From Ostrea edulis (Eukaryota): a stretch of DNA of 64,000 bases. This document shows positions 24,080 through 37,008 of the stretch, piece after piece (within the stretch, counting starts at the first letter, position 1; the number at the start of each line of letters is the position of its first letter). Both the position numbers and the translations under genes were made by a program. Below the pieces are notes generated by a model. That model saw only the letters and a program-made list of their open reading frames with translations, searched no databases and was not told the DNA's origin. The stretch covers positions 55,986,001 to 56,050,000 of the forward strand of contig NC_079166.1 of the NCBI RefSeq assembly GCF_947568905.1, read 5' to 3'.

Positions 24080-24680
24080 TTTAGGAAATGCTCCCATAAT
24101 TTATGTTACAACAAATGAGGGTAAAACTACTCTGATTTTCCCCCCAAGAGGCTGACCGCGTCTGACCTAGTTGATAAACTGTCTGTAGGTCATATCTTGA
24201 TAGCATGCCTGCAACAGAATTGTTACTGTATTCTATCACATGTGTGTGTAATTGGAAATATTTACACACAAATGCCATGTTATGTTTAGATTTTAATACA
24301 TGTGAATACAGAAGGTATTTTTCATTTTCGTGTTTTTCTTACTTGTTTAACAAGTTGTTATCCAAGTCCTCTGAGACCCTTCCTCTCTGGATACATAAAT
24401 CCATGGATAAATGTAAGCTGTATCAATTATAACAGGACTTAGACACACCATGTCAAAATATGGGTGTAGAGAACTGCACTTTATGTGTATATCCATGTAA
24501 TCTGACACAAAATGTTCAAACTCATGACAACAAAGACACCCCTTGAATGTACATAATTCCTCTCTCATTAAAATAAATTGCTGGTAAAGAAGAATTATTC
24601 TGAGAAACAATTTCTTTCTCTGTAACATCAGGTTCAAACTGATATCCCATATTTAATTCACTTTCTGCTGATGACATTTT
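24080..24680 (-). pseudogene. KolX-like (P2X7 C-terminal-like Cys-rich) relic of the Kolobok element
   Basis: MSSAESELNMGYQFEPD...; CLCCHEFE...KCSSLHPYFDMVCLSPVI; TYRQFIN*VRRGQPLGGKIRVVLPSFVVT*IMGAFP, with stops and frameshifts. Confidence 0.7.
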
Positions 24681-26460
24681 AACGTTGATGCTTACAATGT
24701 GCCAAAAATACACAATGTGTCCAACTGACATCAGCATCAGTGCTGCCCTCTAGTGGATGCTAAGAGATAACCCAGCAGGGAGGTAATATGTTTTTCAATA
24801 TGGCAGCTCCCAAGGATTGAAAAGATTCGTTAGTCTTTATGAAATATCTCCCTACTAAAGAAAGCTACATCTTATTGATTTTCAGAATTAATTATATACA
24901 TCAAAATGACAAATTTAAACCCTTTGTCACATTTTCATGTTCACTTCCTTTAAGCATTGTTGAAATTGTTCTCTTTAACGTTGTCATTTACATAAACTAA
25001 ATCCATACTTCACAGGAGGCCCCATACTTGTTTACATTTATTCACTAGCTGCATGTTGGAATCAATTACTTGTGATCGTCATTAAGACTGCATACTATGA
25101 GTAAAACTTAGCATAAAATGCCAGAGATAAAATAATTATGGGAAGTCCAATAATTCATAAGAAAAAATAAAGGTAGGAAATATTGGTATTCGAACCACAG
25201 ATATGCAATCTGGGCCTTATGATCAAAAACTTCAATGAGACTGTCGCTATACCACATCCCATGAAGAATTTCCGAATTTCAAGCTATCTAAAGTCACTCG
25301 CAGTGGACAAAGAAATTTTCTTGATAATACGACAAAAGTTATATACAAGAAGTAAGTTTTTTTCATAGAGTGGGTGAAGTCTTCATAATTTTATTTACAA
25401 CACATTTTACACCTGAACATGTACTAACATATTTTACTCAGTTCACAATGGAGACTTGGCCCACTCCATATAAAAATCTGCTTGGAAAAGTCAAATTTAC
25501 TGTTATTTTGTGCGTTTTTCGCGTATACATGATTTTAAATAGGATTTTTTCAATATTCTTTTGAAATGGGCACATCGAAAAAGCATTTTTGGAAACTATG
25601 GATTGATTGTTTTAACCAGAATGCAATTTTTCTTTTTCTGGAGAGTTTCAATTTTAACTTTGATATTTGTCCTTCTGTGGGTTCTCGGCTCGATAAAGTC
25701 ACCCATCTTCTTTGTGTAATGTTATAGTGCATGTAACATTCGAGTTATGGTCCATGGCATGTTGGTTGTATTATCCCATGAAAGTTACTGTAGAAACCAT
25801 TCCAATAGGCAGATAACCCTTGTCACTGTATTGAAATTAGTAAGAATATATCCATAGATGAATTTTGCACTTTACTTAACAATTATTATTCCACTGCAGA
25901 CAGATTTGTAGATAAATCACGACACCCGAAAATTCTCAATACACTGTCTCCTTGCAGGGGGTGTACCAGTCCGACAACTATGACATCATGCACGCACAAG
26001 TGACACTGCTTATAGTTTACGCATTTACTTTCAATAATGTATATATGTCTGCATTCAGTTTAAATGATTTGTTCATCCAATTTTATTGTTCATTTTTTAA
26101 CAGTGACCAAGCTGAATGTTCCAGGTGACTCTAAATTTGGCCGTCACATATTTTGGTTGGGAGCATGACATCTTTGGTTACAGATCTTGTTAATATGATG
26201 CATATAGGAAAAAAGAAAGACCTCTGGATGCACAGAATAAATTCATACACTTCTTCCGGTGAACATGAACAAACTCTTTCTAGAGTTTACACTTGCTTTC
26301 CTCCTTGATGTAATGTAGTAAACTGTCACAGACCCTTCCTCCTTCTGATTTTTCTCTTAAGAATTCAATTTTAATTTTTCCACCCTTGTCATGGTTTTTT
26401 CTTCCATTCAAACGTCCATCTTTAAATGTGATTACCAGCTTACAAGACAAGTAGTGATGT

Positions 26461-26590
26461 TTACTACATCGACAACATGTCGTATAGGTTACTACATCGA
26501 CAACATATCTTACAAGTTACTACATCGACAACATATTGTACAGGTTACTACATCGACAACATGTTGCACAGGTTATTACATAGACAATTA
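26461..26590. repeat. 28-bp tandem repeat, ~5 units (copy A only)
   Basis: TTACTACATCGACAACAT.......AGG units. Confidence 0.75.
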
Positions 26591-28762
26591 AAAATGTAGG
26601 ATTCAGAACAAGAGTATTTGTCTTTATTAAGTAAGAGTAATCAGCATTTACAATAATGGTATGGAAAGAACAGTAGAAGACTAAACACATATAAATGATA
26701 TAGTCATGTATATTAATATTTAATGTATAAAATATCACAAAGAAAACAAAAATAATTTTCCATAATGTATAATTCAGGATTTCTTGTGCATTGGAATGTT
26801 TTAAACACCTCAAAGTGCTTATAAAAAGAGGAAACTTTGTGTAGTTTATCATCATATAAGTATTCTATCTATGGGTTTCTAGCACAGCACTTTATATTAA
26901 ATATCTCAAAACACAGAAATTTGTGTAATGTTGGTTTACAGAAAATCCCGCAGCCTGAAAGGAAAGTGAAAATGTACAATCCAGGAGAAGGTTATAAATG
27001 TCAATCCCCGACACTGAATCAATGCTAATTAGCAGAAAGTGCAATGTAGGGAATCGTTTCAGATCCGATGTATGCATAATACATATATTTGAATATGTGT
27101 TTAATGATAGTACATGTTTATTATTTATATTCCAGCTATATCCCTTTAGAGAGAGTGAGATACAGATCTTTTGAGACATATCAACCATGTGGAGTTCACC
27201 ATAAATAAATAAAAAGTGGCCTGTGGGAATCATTGCTCACCTGAACATTGTAAACCCCCAGCGTGGTCCTAGTAGACATATCAAGAACATAATATACGCT
27301 TGCAAATTAATGCGACAGATCACACTCATGATTCCATTCCCTTAGTGATCTTTAAACCCCCAAAATCAACAGGGTCCTTCCTCTTTCACTAACAACGCTA
27401 CATGTGGAGTATCAGATCAATTGAACAAAAAAGTGGCCTATGCAGGCTTTTTCTATGAAATCCTGTGACCTTGGCCTTTATCCCCCAAAATCAATAGGGT
27501 TTTTTCCCTTTTGATAACAAAGCTATAAGTGAAGCATCCATTCAATCGAGCACAAAATGTGGCCTCTAGAGTGTCTAAAAACTCATTGTTACACATACTC
27601 GAACAAATACTCACCCGCACACAAACGACCCCATAACTATATTTCCTCAACCCGTACATGAACAGTCTCGTTACTCTATCCCCTCTCGCAAAGGGATACC
27701 AAACTTCAGTCTTGCAGTACTGTACATATCAATTTGACCAATTGTGTTCTTGTGAGTCTTTGTATCTTCTAAATCTGTTCCTATATATCCTATGTCAAAT
27801 TCCTCTATTGCTAGGGATGTCATGATTTGATGATTTATAAAAAGAAGCTGACATGCATGATTGGCTTTGTCTGTTACAGTGGTTTTAGAGATGGTTTAAA
27901 CACCAACCCAATTTGAACTTTTACCTAACAGGTCTCTTTACACTGGAGTGTGGTGTGGTCCTTCTTTGAAAATTTTACTGACAGACCATGGACAAATTTT
28001 GAACAGAAAAGCACAAGTGAGCTAGAAATACCATATAATATGATTTGACAACATGCATATCAAAAATATTGAGTTTGCAAACATAACTTGTACATTGATT
28101 TCAATAAATAGTAAATGAATTTGTTGCTAGTGAACAATATTATGCTTTCATCCTTCCATTGCACAAAGGTCTGACGAAGTAAGCATGGTGAAGGACCATT
28201 TTCTTGAATTGATACATGGTAACAATGAACAGGAACATGAATTTCTGGTCATAAATAAAGCCAGCATTAGAATGAAATGTCACACACGTACACATCTGGA
28301 AATAGATTACACAAAAGACTTGACAGCACTCAGATTTCTAACATTCCATCTGAGATCAAACATATAAACTTCTGTCACACCAATCAACAATGAAGATAGA
28401 AAAAAAATACAACTTAAGTAATGACATATTTTGTGTAAGGATTGTTATTAAATCATCAGCCAATTTAGCAGACTCACGACATAATGCACAGTTTAAATAA
28501 AATTTGTTTGTTCATAGTGAGCTGTAAGAGGAAACTCCCATTAATCCTGGTCTGCCTAGTTTATATCTGTGTCTTTCCATGCTGTACACTATAAGGTTCT
28601 CCCCATATGCCTGACCTGTGAATCACTGTCCAGATCTTGGGAAGGTTCAGTGTAAAATTCGCGTTAATCCATGCTCGACCATAATATGAGTGGTTCTTCA
28701 TCCGAATTTTTTTTCTGTCCAATTTGAACAGTAACCCTGTCATCCAGAAGGGCCAATTAAGT

Positions 28763-30941
28763 TCAATATTTGCGTTTGTCCATATTAGGTCGTAACATGA
28801 GTGCCCCGTCTATCCAGATATTGGGTCTGTCCAGCATGGCCTGCCACAGTGAGATTTCCTCTCCGTGGGCTTCCATCCAATCCACCACCTTACCATAACT
28901 TCGACCTAAAACCCAAGCAACAATTGATATTATACGACACCTGCAGTGTTGATGATTTGACTACCTGTATAGAGGTCAACACTACCCTCCTTCTTTTTTC
29001 AAGATTAAACTTGTTCACCTATAGACACCTATCAAAAATCTAATTCTTGATCTATCCAAAATACGAAGAGATGAATGGAAATAACTCACCAACACCCAGA
29101 TTGAGTCGGAGTCCTCCCAGGAAGTCATTACTGCTGAGTTTATCGTGGTCCCACACCGTGAGCTCCACGCACCTCTCTTTGAGATCAGACTTGTTCACAT
29201 CATCGAATATGAATGTGTGGTTCCACTGTGGGTTACAGTTGCGTTTTACTACAGGTGTTTTCTGTTTCAATCCTCTCTGTTTGTCCGGCAACAAGTACCT
29301 GCTCATTAAGTTCAAGAAACAGTGTGTCAGCATTATCATCAACTAAAATTAATTTTTTTCCCACACAATTTAGAAATTCAACTATTTGATTCTAAATTGC
29401 ATATATACATGTAGGATATTTTCAGTTGCTAGCCAAATAAAACTGGCTATACAGTAATTATCATTTCACGCTGCACTGTACAGGCATCTCTTGATGGCTC
29501 AAAGTGAAATCACAGTCCTGATTTTTTCCTCTAAGCAAATTTACTAACATTTGGGTCCTGTTAAACATATTTCCACGTCTTTCACTCTTGATCTCTCAAA
29601 CTACACCTTATCCAGATAATGGTGGATGCCTGGGACTAGCTTGGTTTTGTCTCAATTAGTTAAGACTCTGTCTGTGTTTCTTTTTGGGGTGGATATTTGT
29701 TTTATTGGTCAGTTTTAACTCTACACCCCTGATTTTTTAGTTATATATAATTTAACAATGAATGAAATTAATGATTTGTTTTGACTTCACATATATACAG
29801 CTATTTTGCTAATATCATTTAAAGACATGCCAATGAAAGATCCTTATTTATAAGAATTTGTGGTTTGTGCAAAGCGACTGTAAATTATGATGATAGCCTG
29901 GGCTCCGTGTAGTCAGAGACTGTGAAACTTGGTTATTCTTCAGAAATTTAAAAAAAAAAAAGAAGAAAAACCCATCAAATAAATATATGAAGTTTTTAAA
30001 ATCTTTTTATTTATGCAAAATTAAGTTCTGTGTTGTTTTAGATAAGTTAACTATGAAGTAAAATGTGTCAAAACAATTCCAGGATGTTGCATTTATGCAA
30101 TCCGGTTAGTGTAAAATCTTAACTATATAAAAAAGTCGGACCTTTAATTTCCAGATTTGACTCGACCTTTGATCTCTCAAATATTTATCAAGGTCCCTTC
30201 AACTTCAAGTTATTTAGAGAGTCACCTGTATTTCATATCTTTTGCAGTAAAAGGAACACAAATGGCAGAGATCGTACAAGTTTCTATTTTGTACATCATT
30301 CTATTCTTATTCATCATTCTCTATGGTCATTCCAGCAGCATGCAGGTTGCAAAATGTGGAACCCCCCCCCCCCCCCCCCCCCCGAGACTGCTGATTGGTT
30401 TTTGCTGCAATCTCAAGGGTGAAATCACCTACTTAAATTCGGATGTAAAATAAAAACGAGTTTTACAGTTTATACCTTTTCGTCTATTGATTTTTATTAT
30501 TAAAATATCAAAGACATAATTTATGGAAAAAGAAAGAAATTTTCCATATACACCTCAGGTCTTTTTTCTTTGTAATCCCATTTAATCTTTGTTTACACAT
30601 GAGAGAAACAGACTGGAATGTCTTCTTTTCATATCACAGTAGATTTTGAGCCTACTGTCCATGTAAAATACAAGTGTCAAGTTCACCACACCTGCTACTC
30701 ACCCTTTAACAAAAGGATTAGAGAAGCCACTACTTCGGGCAGCTGTTAGGTTCCTGGCCTCCTTGATAAGAACATGTAGTTGACCTTTAGGACCCCCGAC
30801 CTCTGATTTTCCCTTTCTGACCTTCTTTTTGGAAAGGGAGGCTACTGTGTCCTCTTTCTTAATTTTCTCTGGAGGCACATACTTGATGCTCAAGAACAAG
30901 TCCCCTTTGTAGGACAGATTTGCAGCTGGTGGAGACTCAAT
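28763..30941 (-). pseudogene. Orphan duplicate of the last three SYTL exons (C2B); ORFs and splice sites intact
   Basis: Exons 30941-30703, 29298-29090 and 28905-28763 have the same lengths as the intact gene's exons. Upstream exons are absent because copy A ends at 31239. May instead be an alternative 3' cassette (see findings). Confidence 0.75.
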
Positions 30942-31237
30942 CTACAAAATGAAAAGCACAATCCTTCACAATAGTTTTGTTTATGACAGAATGACATTAA
31001 AGTGATTATAATTGTTCTATAGAGCTACACCTGACCAAATAAGTGTATATAAACTGAAAATAAAATTACTAGAGAATTTTAGAATATATGAAACATTTTC
31101 AATAAAGTACAGTGTACCTGCAATATGCATTATAATTTTTGAACTAATTATTTATGAAGTCATATTGAAGTACTTTACAAAGATGTGGAAACTTAAAGGA
31201 AGAAAGAATTGTTCTGATATTATACTCAGTAAACTTC

Positions 31238-34200
31238 CTATACTATAGACATCTACAATTACATCAGACTGGCAGTACTATACTATAGACATCTACAATT
31301 ACATCTGACTGTCGGTACTATACTAGACATCTACAATTACATCAGACTGTCAGTACTATACTAGACATCTACAATTACATCTGACTGTCAGTACTATACT
31401 ATAGACATCTACAATTACATCTGAATATCGGTACTATACTAGACATCTACAATTACATACGACTGTCAGTACTATACTATAGACATCTACAATTACATCA
31501 GACTGGCAGTACTATACTATAAACATCTACAATTACACCAGACTATCAGTACTATACTATAGACATCTACAATTACATCTGAATGTCAGTACTATACTAT
31601 AGACATCTACAATTACATCTGACTGTCAGTACTATACTAGACATCTACAATTACATCTGACTGTCGGTACTATACTATAGACATCTACAATTACATTCGA
31701 CTATCAGTATTATACTATAGATATCTACAATTACATCTGACTGTCGATACTATACTAAAACATTTACAAATATATCCGACTGTCAGTACTATACTATAGA
31801 CATCTACAATTACATACGACTGTTAGTACCATACTATAGACACTACAAATACATCTGACTGTCGGTACTATACTATACATCTACAATTACATCTGACTGT
31901 CGGTACTATACTATAGACATCTACAATTACATCAGACTGGCAGTACTATACTATAAACATCTACAATTACACCAGACTATCAGTACTATACTATAGACAT
32001 CTACAATTACATCTGAATGTCAGTACTATACTATAGACATCTACAATTACATCTGACTGTCAGTACTATACTAGACATCTACAATTACATCTGACTGTCG
32101 GTACTATACTATAGACATCTACAATTACATTCGACTATCAGTATTATACTATAGATATCTACAATTACATCTGACTGTCGATACTATACTAAAACATTTA
32201 CAAATATATCCGACTGTCAGTACTATACTATAGACATCTACAATTACATCCGACTGTCAGTACTATACTATAGACATCTACAATTACATCTGACTGTCGG
32301 TACTATACTATACATCTACAATTACATCAGACTGTCGGTACTATACTATAGACATCTACAATTACATCTGACTGTCGGTACTATACTATAGACATCTACA
32401 ATTACATCCGACTGTCGGTACTATACTAGACATCTACAATTACATCAAGCTGTTAGTACTACACCATAAACATCTACAATTACATCTGACTGTTAGTACT
32501 ATACTATAGACACTACAAATACATCTGACTGTCGGTACTATACTATACATCTACAATTACATCAGACTGTCGGTACTATACTATAGACATCTACAATTAC
32601 ATACGACTGTCGGTACTATACTATAGCCATCTACAATTACATCTGACTGTCGGTACTATACTATAGACATCTACAATTACATCCGACTGTCGGTACTATA
32701 CTAGACATCTACAATTATATCTGACTGTCGGTACTATACTAGACATCTACAATTACATCTGACTGTCGGTACTATACAGTCAACATCTACAATTACATCT
32801 GCCTGTCGGTACTATGCTAGACATCTACAATTACATCAGACTGTCGGCACTATACTATAGACATCTACAATTACATTCGACTATCAGTATTATACTATAG
32901 ACATCTACAAATACATCTGACTGTCGGTACTATACTATAGACATCTACAATTACATCCGACTGTCGGTGCTATACTAGACATCTACAATTACATCCGACT
33001 GTCGGTACTATACTAGAGACATCTACAATTACATCTGACTGTCGGTACTATACTAAAAACATTTACAATTACATCCATCTGTCGGTACTATACTATAGAC
33101 ATCTACAAATACATCTGACTGTCGATACTATACTAAAACATTTACAAATATATCCGACTGTCAGTACTATACTATAGACATCTACAATTACATCCGACTG
33201 TCAGTACTATACTATAGACATCTACAATTACATCCGACTGTCGGTGCTATACTAGACATCTACAATTACATCCGACTGTCGGTACTATACTAAAGACATC
33301 TACAATTACATCTGACTGTCGGTACCATACTATAGACATTTACAATTACATTTGACTGTCGGTACTATATTATAGACATTTAATATTACATCTGACTGTC
33401 AGTACTCTACTAGACATCTACAATTACATCTGACTGTCGGTACTATACTATAGAGATCTACAATTACATCCGACCGTCGGTACTATACTATAGACATCTA
33501 CAATTACATCAGACTGTCAGTACTATACTATAGACACTACAAATACATCTGACTGTTGGTACTATACAGTCAACATCTACAATTACATCTGCCTGTTGGT
33601 ACTATGGTAGACATCTACAATTACATCAGACTGTCGGTACTATACTATAGACATCTACAATTACATCCGACTATCAGTACTATACTATAGACATCTACAA
33701 TTACATCAGACTGTCGGTACTATACAGTCAATATCTACAAATACATCTGACTGTCGGTATTATACTATAGACACTACAATTACATCAGACTATCAGTACT
33801 ATACTATAAACATCTACAATTACATCCGACTGTCAGTACTATACTATAGATATCTACAATTACATCCGACTGTCGGTAGTATACTATAGACATTTACAAC
33901 GACATACGACTGTCAGTACTATGCTACAGACATCAACAATTACATACGACTGTCGGTAGTATACTATAGTCATCTACAATTACATCTGACTGTCGGTACT
34001 ACACAGTCAACATCTACAATTATATCTGACTGTCGGTAGTATACTATAGACATCTACAATTACATACGACTGTCAGTACTATACTATATACATCAACAAT
34101 TACATACGACTATCGGTACTATACTATAGATATCTACAATTACATCCGACTGTCGGTACTATACTATAAACATCTACAATTACATCTGACTGTCGGTACT

Positions 34201-34281
34201 ATACTATAGACATCTATAATTACATCTGACTGTCGGTACTATACTATAGATATCTACAGTTACATCCGACTGTCGGTACTG
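31238..34281. repeat. 40-bp minisatellite (~76 units) filling the duplication junction
   Basis: Same unit and orientation as 3093-3867; contains an internal ~434-bp higher-order duplication (about 31500-31790 repeated at about 31935-32225). Confidence 0.95.
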
Positions 34282-34284
34282 GGT

Positions 34285-34577
34285 CAGTATAAACACCCCA
34301 ATGCTCTGTATAAACACCTCAATGTTCTGTATAAATATCTCAATGTTCTGTATAAATATCTCAATCTTCTGTATAAACACCCCAATGTTCTGTATAGATA
34401 TCTCAATGTTCTGTATAGATATCTCAATGTTCTGTATAAATATCTCAATGTTCTGTATAAACACCCCAATGTTCTGTATAGATATCTCAATGTTCTGTAT
34501 AGATATCTCAATGTTCTGTGTAAATATCTCAATGTACTGTATAAATATCTCAATGTTCTGTATATATATATTGGACA
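34285..34577. repeat. 21-bp minisatellite, ~14 units (paralog of 9623-10437)
   Basis: Same unit as 9623-10437. Confidence 0.9.
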
Positions 34578-34691
34578 AAGTCTGAAAAGTAGCAGTTTGA
34601 ATGTATTTAATGCAAAGGAAGAATTCAATTTGTCAGCAAAGGAAGAATTCAATCTGTCAAAACTTTACAAAAGAACTTTTCTTTCTTCCAG

Positions 34692-37008
34692 TCCATCCTG
34701 ACAAATGTACCATTGTGTTAGCTGCGTTAAGTGACCCTGACCTTGACATAAATCATGTGACTTACTGGGATGATGTGTATGGTTTTAAAATGACTTGTAT
34801 GAAATCTGAGGTGATCAAAGAAGCCAGTGTTGAAACCGTGAAAGCAGAGAAAATATTGTCTGATTGTGTGGTTGTCAAGGTACGTAAAGCAAGTCTACTG
34901 TAACACGTGTAGCAAACTCTTTCTCCATGAAGAAATTGATGTGCTGTAATCTTTGTGTTCAACTTGTGCTCTTTATTGTACTTTCAAACTGATACATGTA
35001 ATGTAGAACAGTTGCAAAGTGTGAAAAAAAGCTTGAAGATCTGTAAAAATACATTTGCAACTCTAAAATGGGGTTCAAGCTTCTGATGAATGAAAAGACT
35101 GTTAAATTGCCCTCTATTTCATATGTTATCTTAAGGGACAGAAAACAATCACCGTGGCATGAATATAGTTACTTTGTCTATTAATGTGTTCTAATGATAA
35201 ATTAATACTCTTATTTAACACATTTATCGGAACTTAAAAATATACATAAGATGGCTTTATTTTTCATGTTGATGACATCCCAAGTACTGCATGTATCAAT
35301 GGTTTGTGTTGCAGGAGTTGGACACCTGCTCATGCTCCACATCAGATCTCCAGTTCTCAGAAGACTTCACTCTCACAGCTTCAGGAGAGGGACAAATTAA
35401 TGCCTTAGTGGGATACTTTGACATTTTCTTTCATAAAGGGTGTACCAGCAAAGTAAGGTCTTACAAAAATAATTGTATCTTTTCTTGAAACATACATATG
35501 TAGCATTTCACTTTCAAACACAAATTCATATTTCTCGAGTGATTTTGACATCATGTCCACTCATGGCTGTCTGATACTGTGTTTGGGTTTCTGGATCTGG
35601 TGATGGCCATCAACTGTGATACATTATGATAGGGATCCTGAGTCCTTTCATAGTGTTGGGATCTCAGAGTTGTTTTAGTAACATTGTGACATTAATAGGA
35701 CTCAGTACCCCTGACATTGTCACCTTGATAGGACTCAGCACTTCTGACTTTGTGGCCATGAGTGGACTGATACCTGATATTGTAGTCACAAGTGAACTCA
35801 GGACTCCAACATTTTGGCCACGTATAGACTTGGCACTTCTGACATGACAGCTACCAATGAACTGGGGGCTTCTGACATGACAGCCACTAATGAACTAGAG
35901 GATTCTGACATGACAGCCACTAATGAACTTGGGGCTTCTGACATGGCAGCCACTAATGCACTTGGGGCCTCTGATATGACCATGAGTAGATACAGCATCC
36001 TTGACATTGTGGCTTCAAATGTCTCTAGTATAATGATGGGCAAGAATGTTTTTATATCTAGGAAGATTAAACCATCTATTAGACAAATTGAACATTATAC
36101 CATCTAGGAGATAAAATTTGAAAAAGCTTCTTTGTGCATAGATTTATGACATGTAGTGACTGGTTTTCGTTACTGGCATTAAGATTTATATCGTGTGACT
36201 ACATGCAAGTCCATCAAATGTGAGAAATTTTCACAAATGTCCAATGTTATGCATTACCAGCTGTGGTCTACTGCTTTATTGTAGTACATATCCCTGTGGA
36301 CTTTGTTATAGGTGATGTTTTCCACCAACCCACAAGTCACATCCACCCACTGGAAACAGTGTTCCTTTTGAAGAAGCCAATTAGCATTACTAAAGGTAAA
36401 TAAACTGAATACATAGTAGGAGTGACATTGTATTCTCGTCTAAAATTTTAAGTTACGATCAAATTCATACAAACACCTTTGCAGGCATTTATATTGAATG
36501 ATGCCATTATGAAAAGGATTTCTCCAGGTAATGCATGGTTATTTTAAGATTGAGAAAATGTGGTCAATATATTCATGTATTTATATTTTGATATTCCTTG
36601 AAATACTGACTAATGTTGTCCTTGAATAAAGATGATACATAGGCGCGCAACATTAATTTTCAAAATTGTTGACAAGTTAGCTTATCCCAAAGCTCAAAAT
36701 TCTAAAGGGGAGAGGGGATTATCTTTCAGTTCGTCAGTTAAAACTTACATTTCCACTATCAATTACGTTTGGATTAAAGGGGATTGGAGAGGGGGGGGGG
36801 GGAGAGAAACCACTTTATTTTGTTAAAAATAAGAAATGAAAACCTTATAAAAAATCAATTAGGATTTGCCTGTAATTAGTGTACTTTTCTCTTAATAGGG
36901 CAACAGATGAAAGGCCACATCATGTGCAAAAAGAACAGACGTGATCGGAGGTCCCTTGTGATAACACTGACTATTGATGATGTTACACAGGGCTTTTTAA
37001 TGCAATAA
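34692..37008 (+). pseudogene. PRMT3 3'-half pseudogene (exons 8'-11')
   Basis: Exons 34692-34879, 35315-35452, 36312-36395 and 36899-37008. A 4-bp deletion after the THW loop gives TGA at 36369-36371. No upstream exons. Confidence 0.92.
35841..35972. repeat. 33-bp tandem repeat x4
   Basis: Paralog of 11660-11890. Confidence 0.85.

Larger units (their letters stand above)
20603..24949 (-). mobile_element. Kolobok-type DNA transposon (4347 bp, decayed), present in copy A only
   Basis: 18-bp perfect TIR AGGAAGTGAACATGAAAA; TTAA TSD at 20599-20602 and 24950-24953; single TTAA at the empty site 42123-42126; internal KolX-like relic. Confidence 0.85.

Noticed and set aside
31240-34280. 40-bp arrays resembling a CRISPR array
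   Set aside because: Units are head-to-tail with no unique spacers, there are no cas genes, and the context is a spliced eukaryotic locus.
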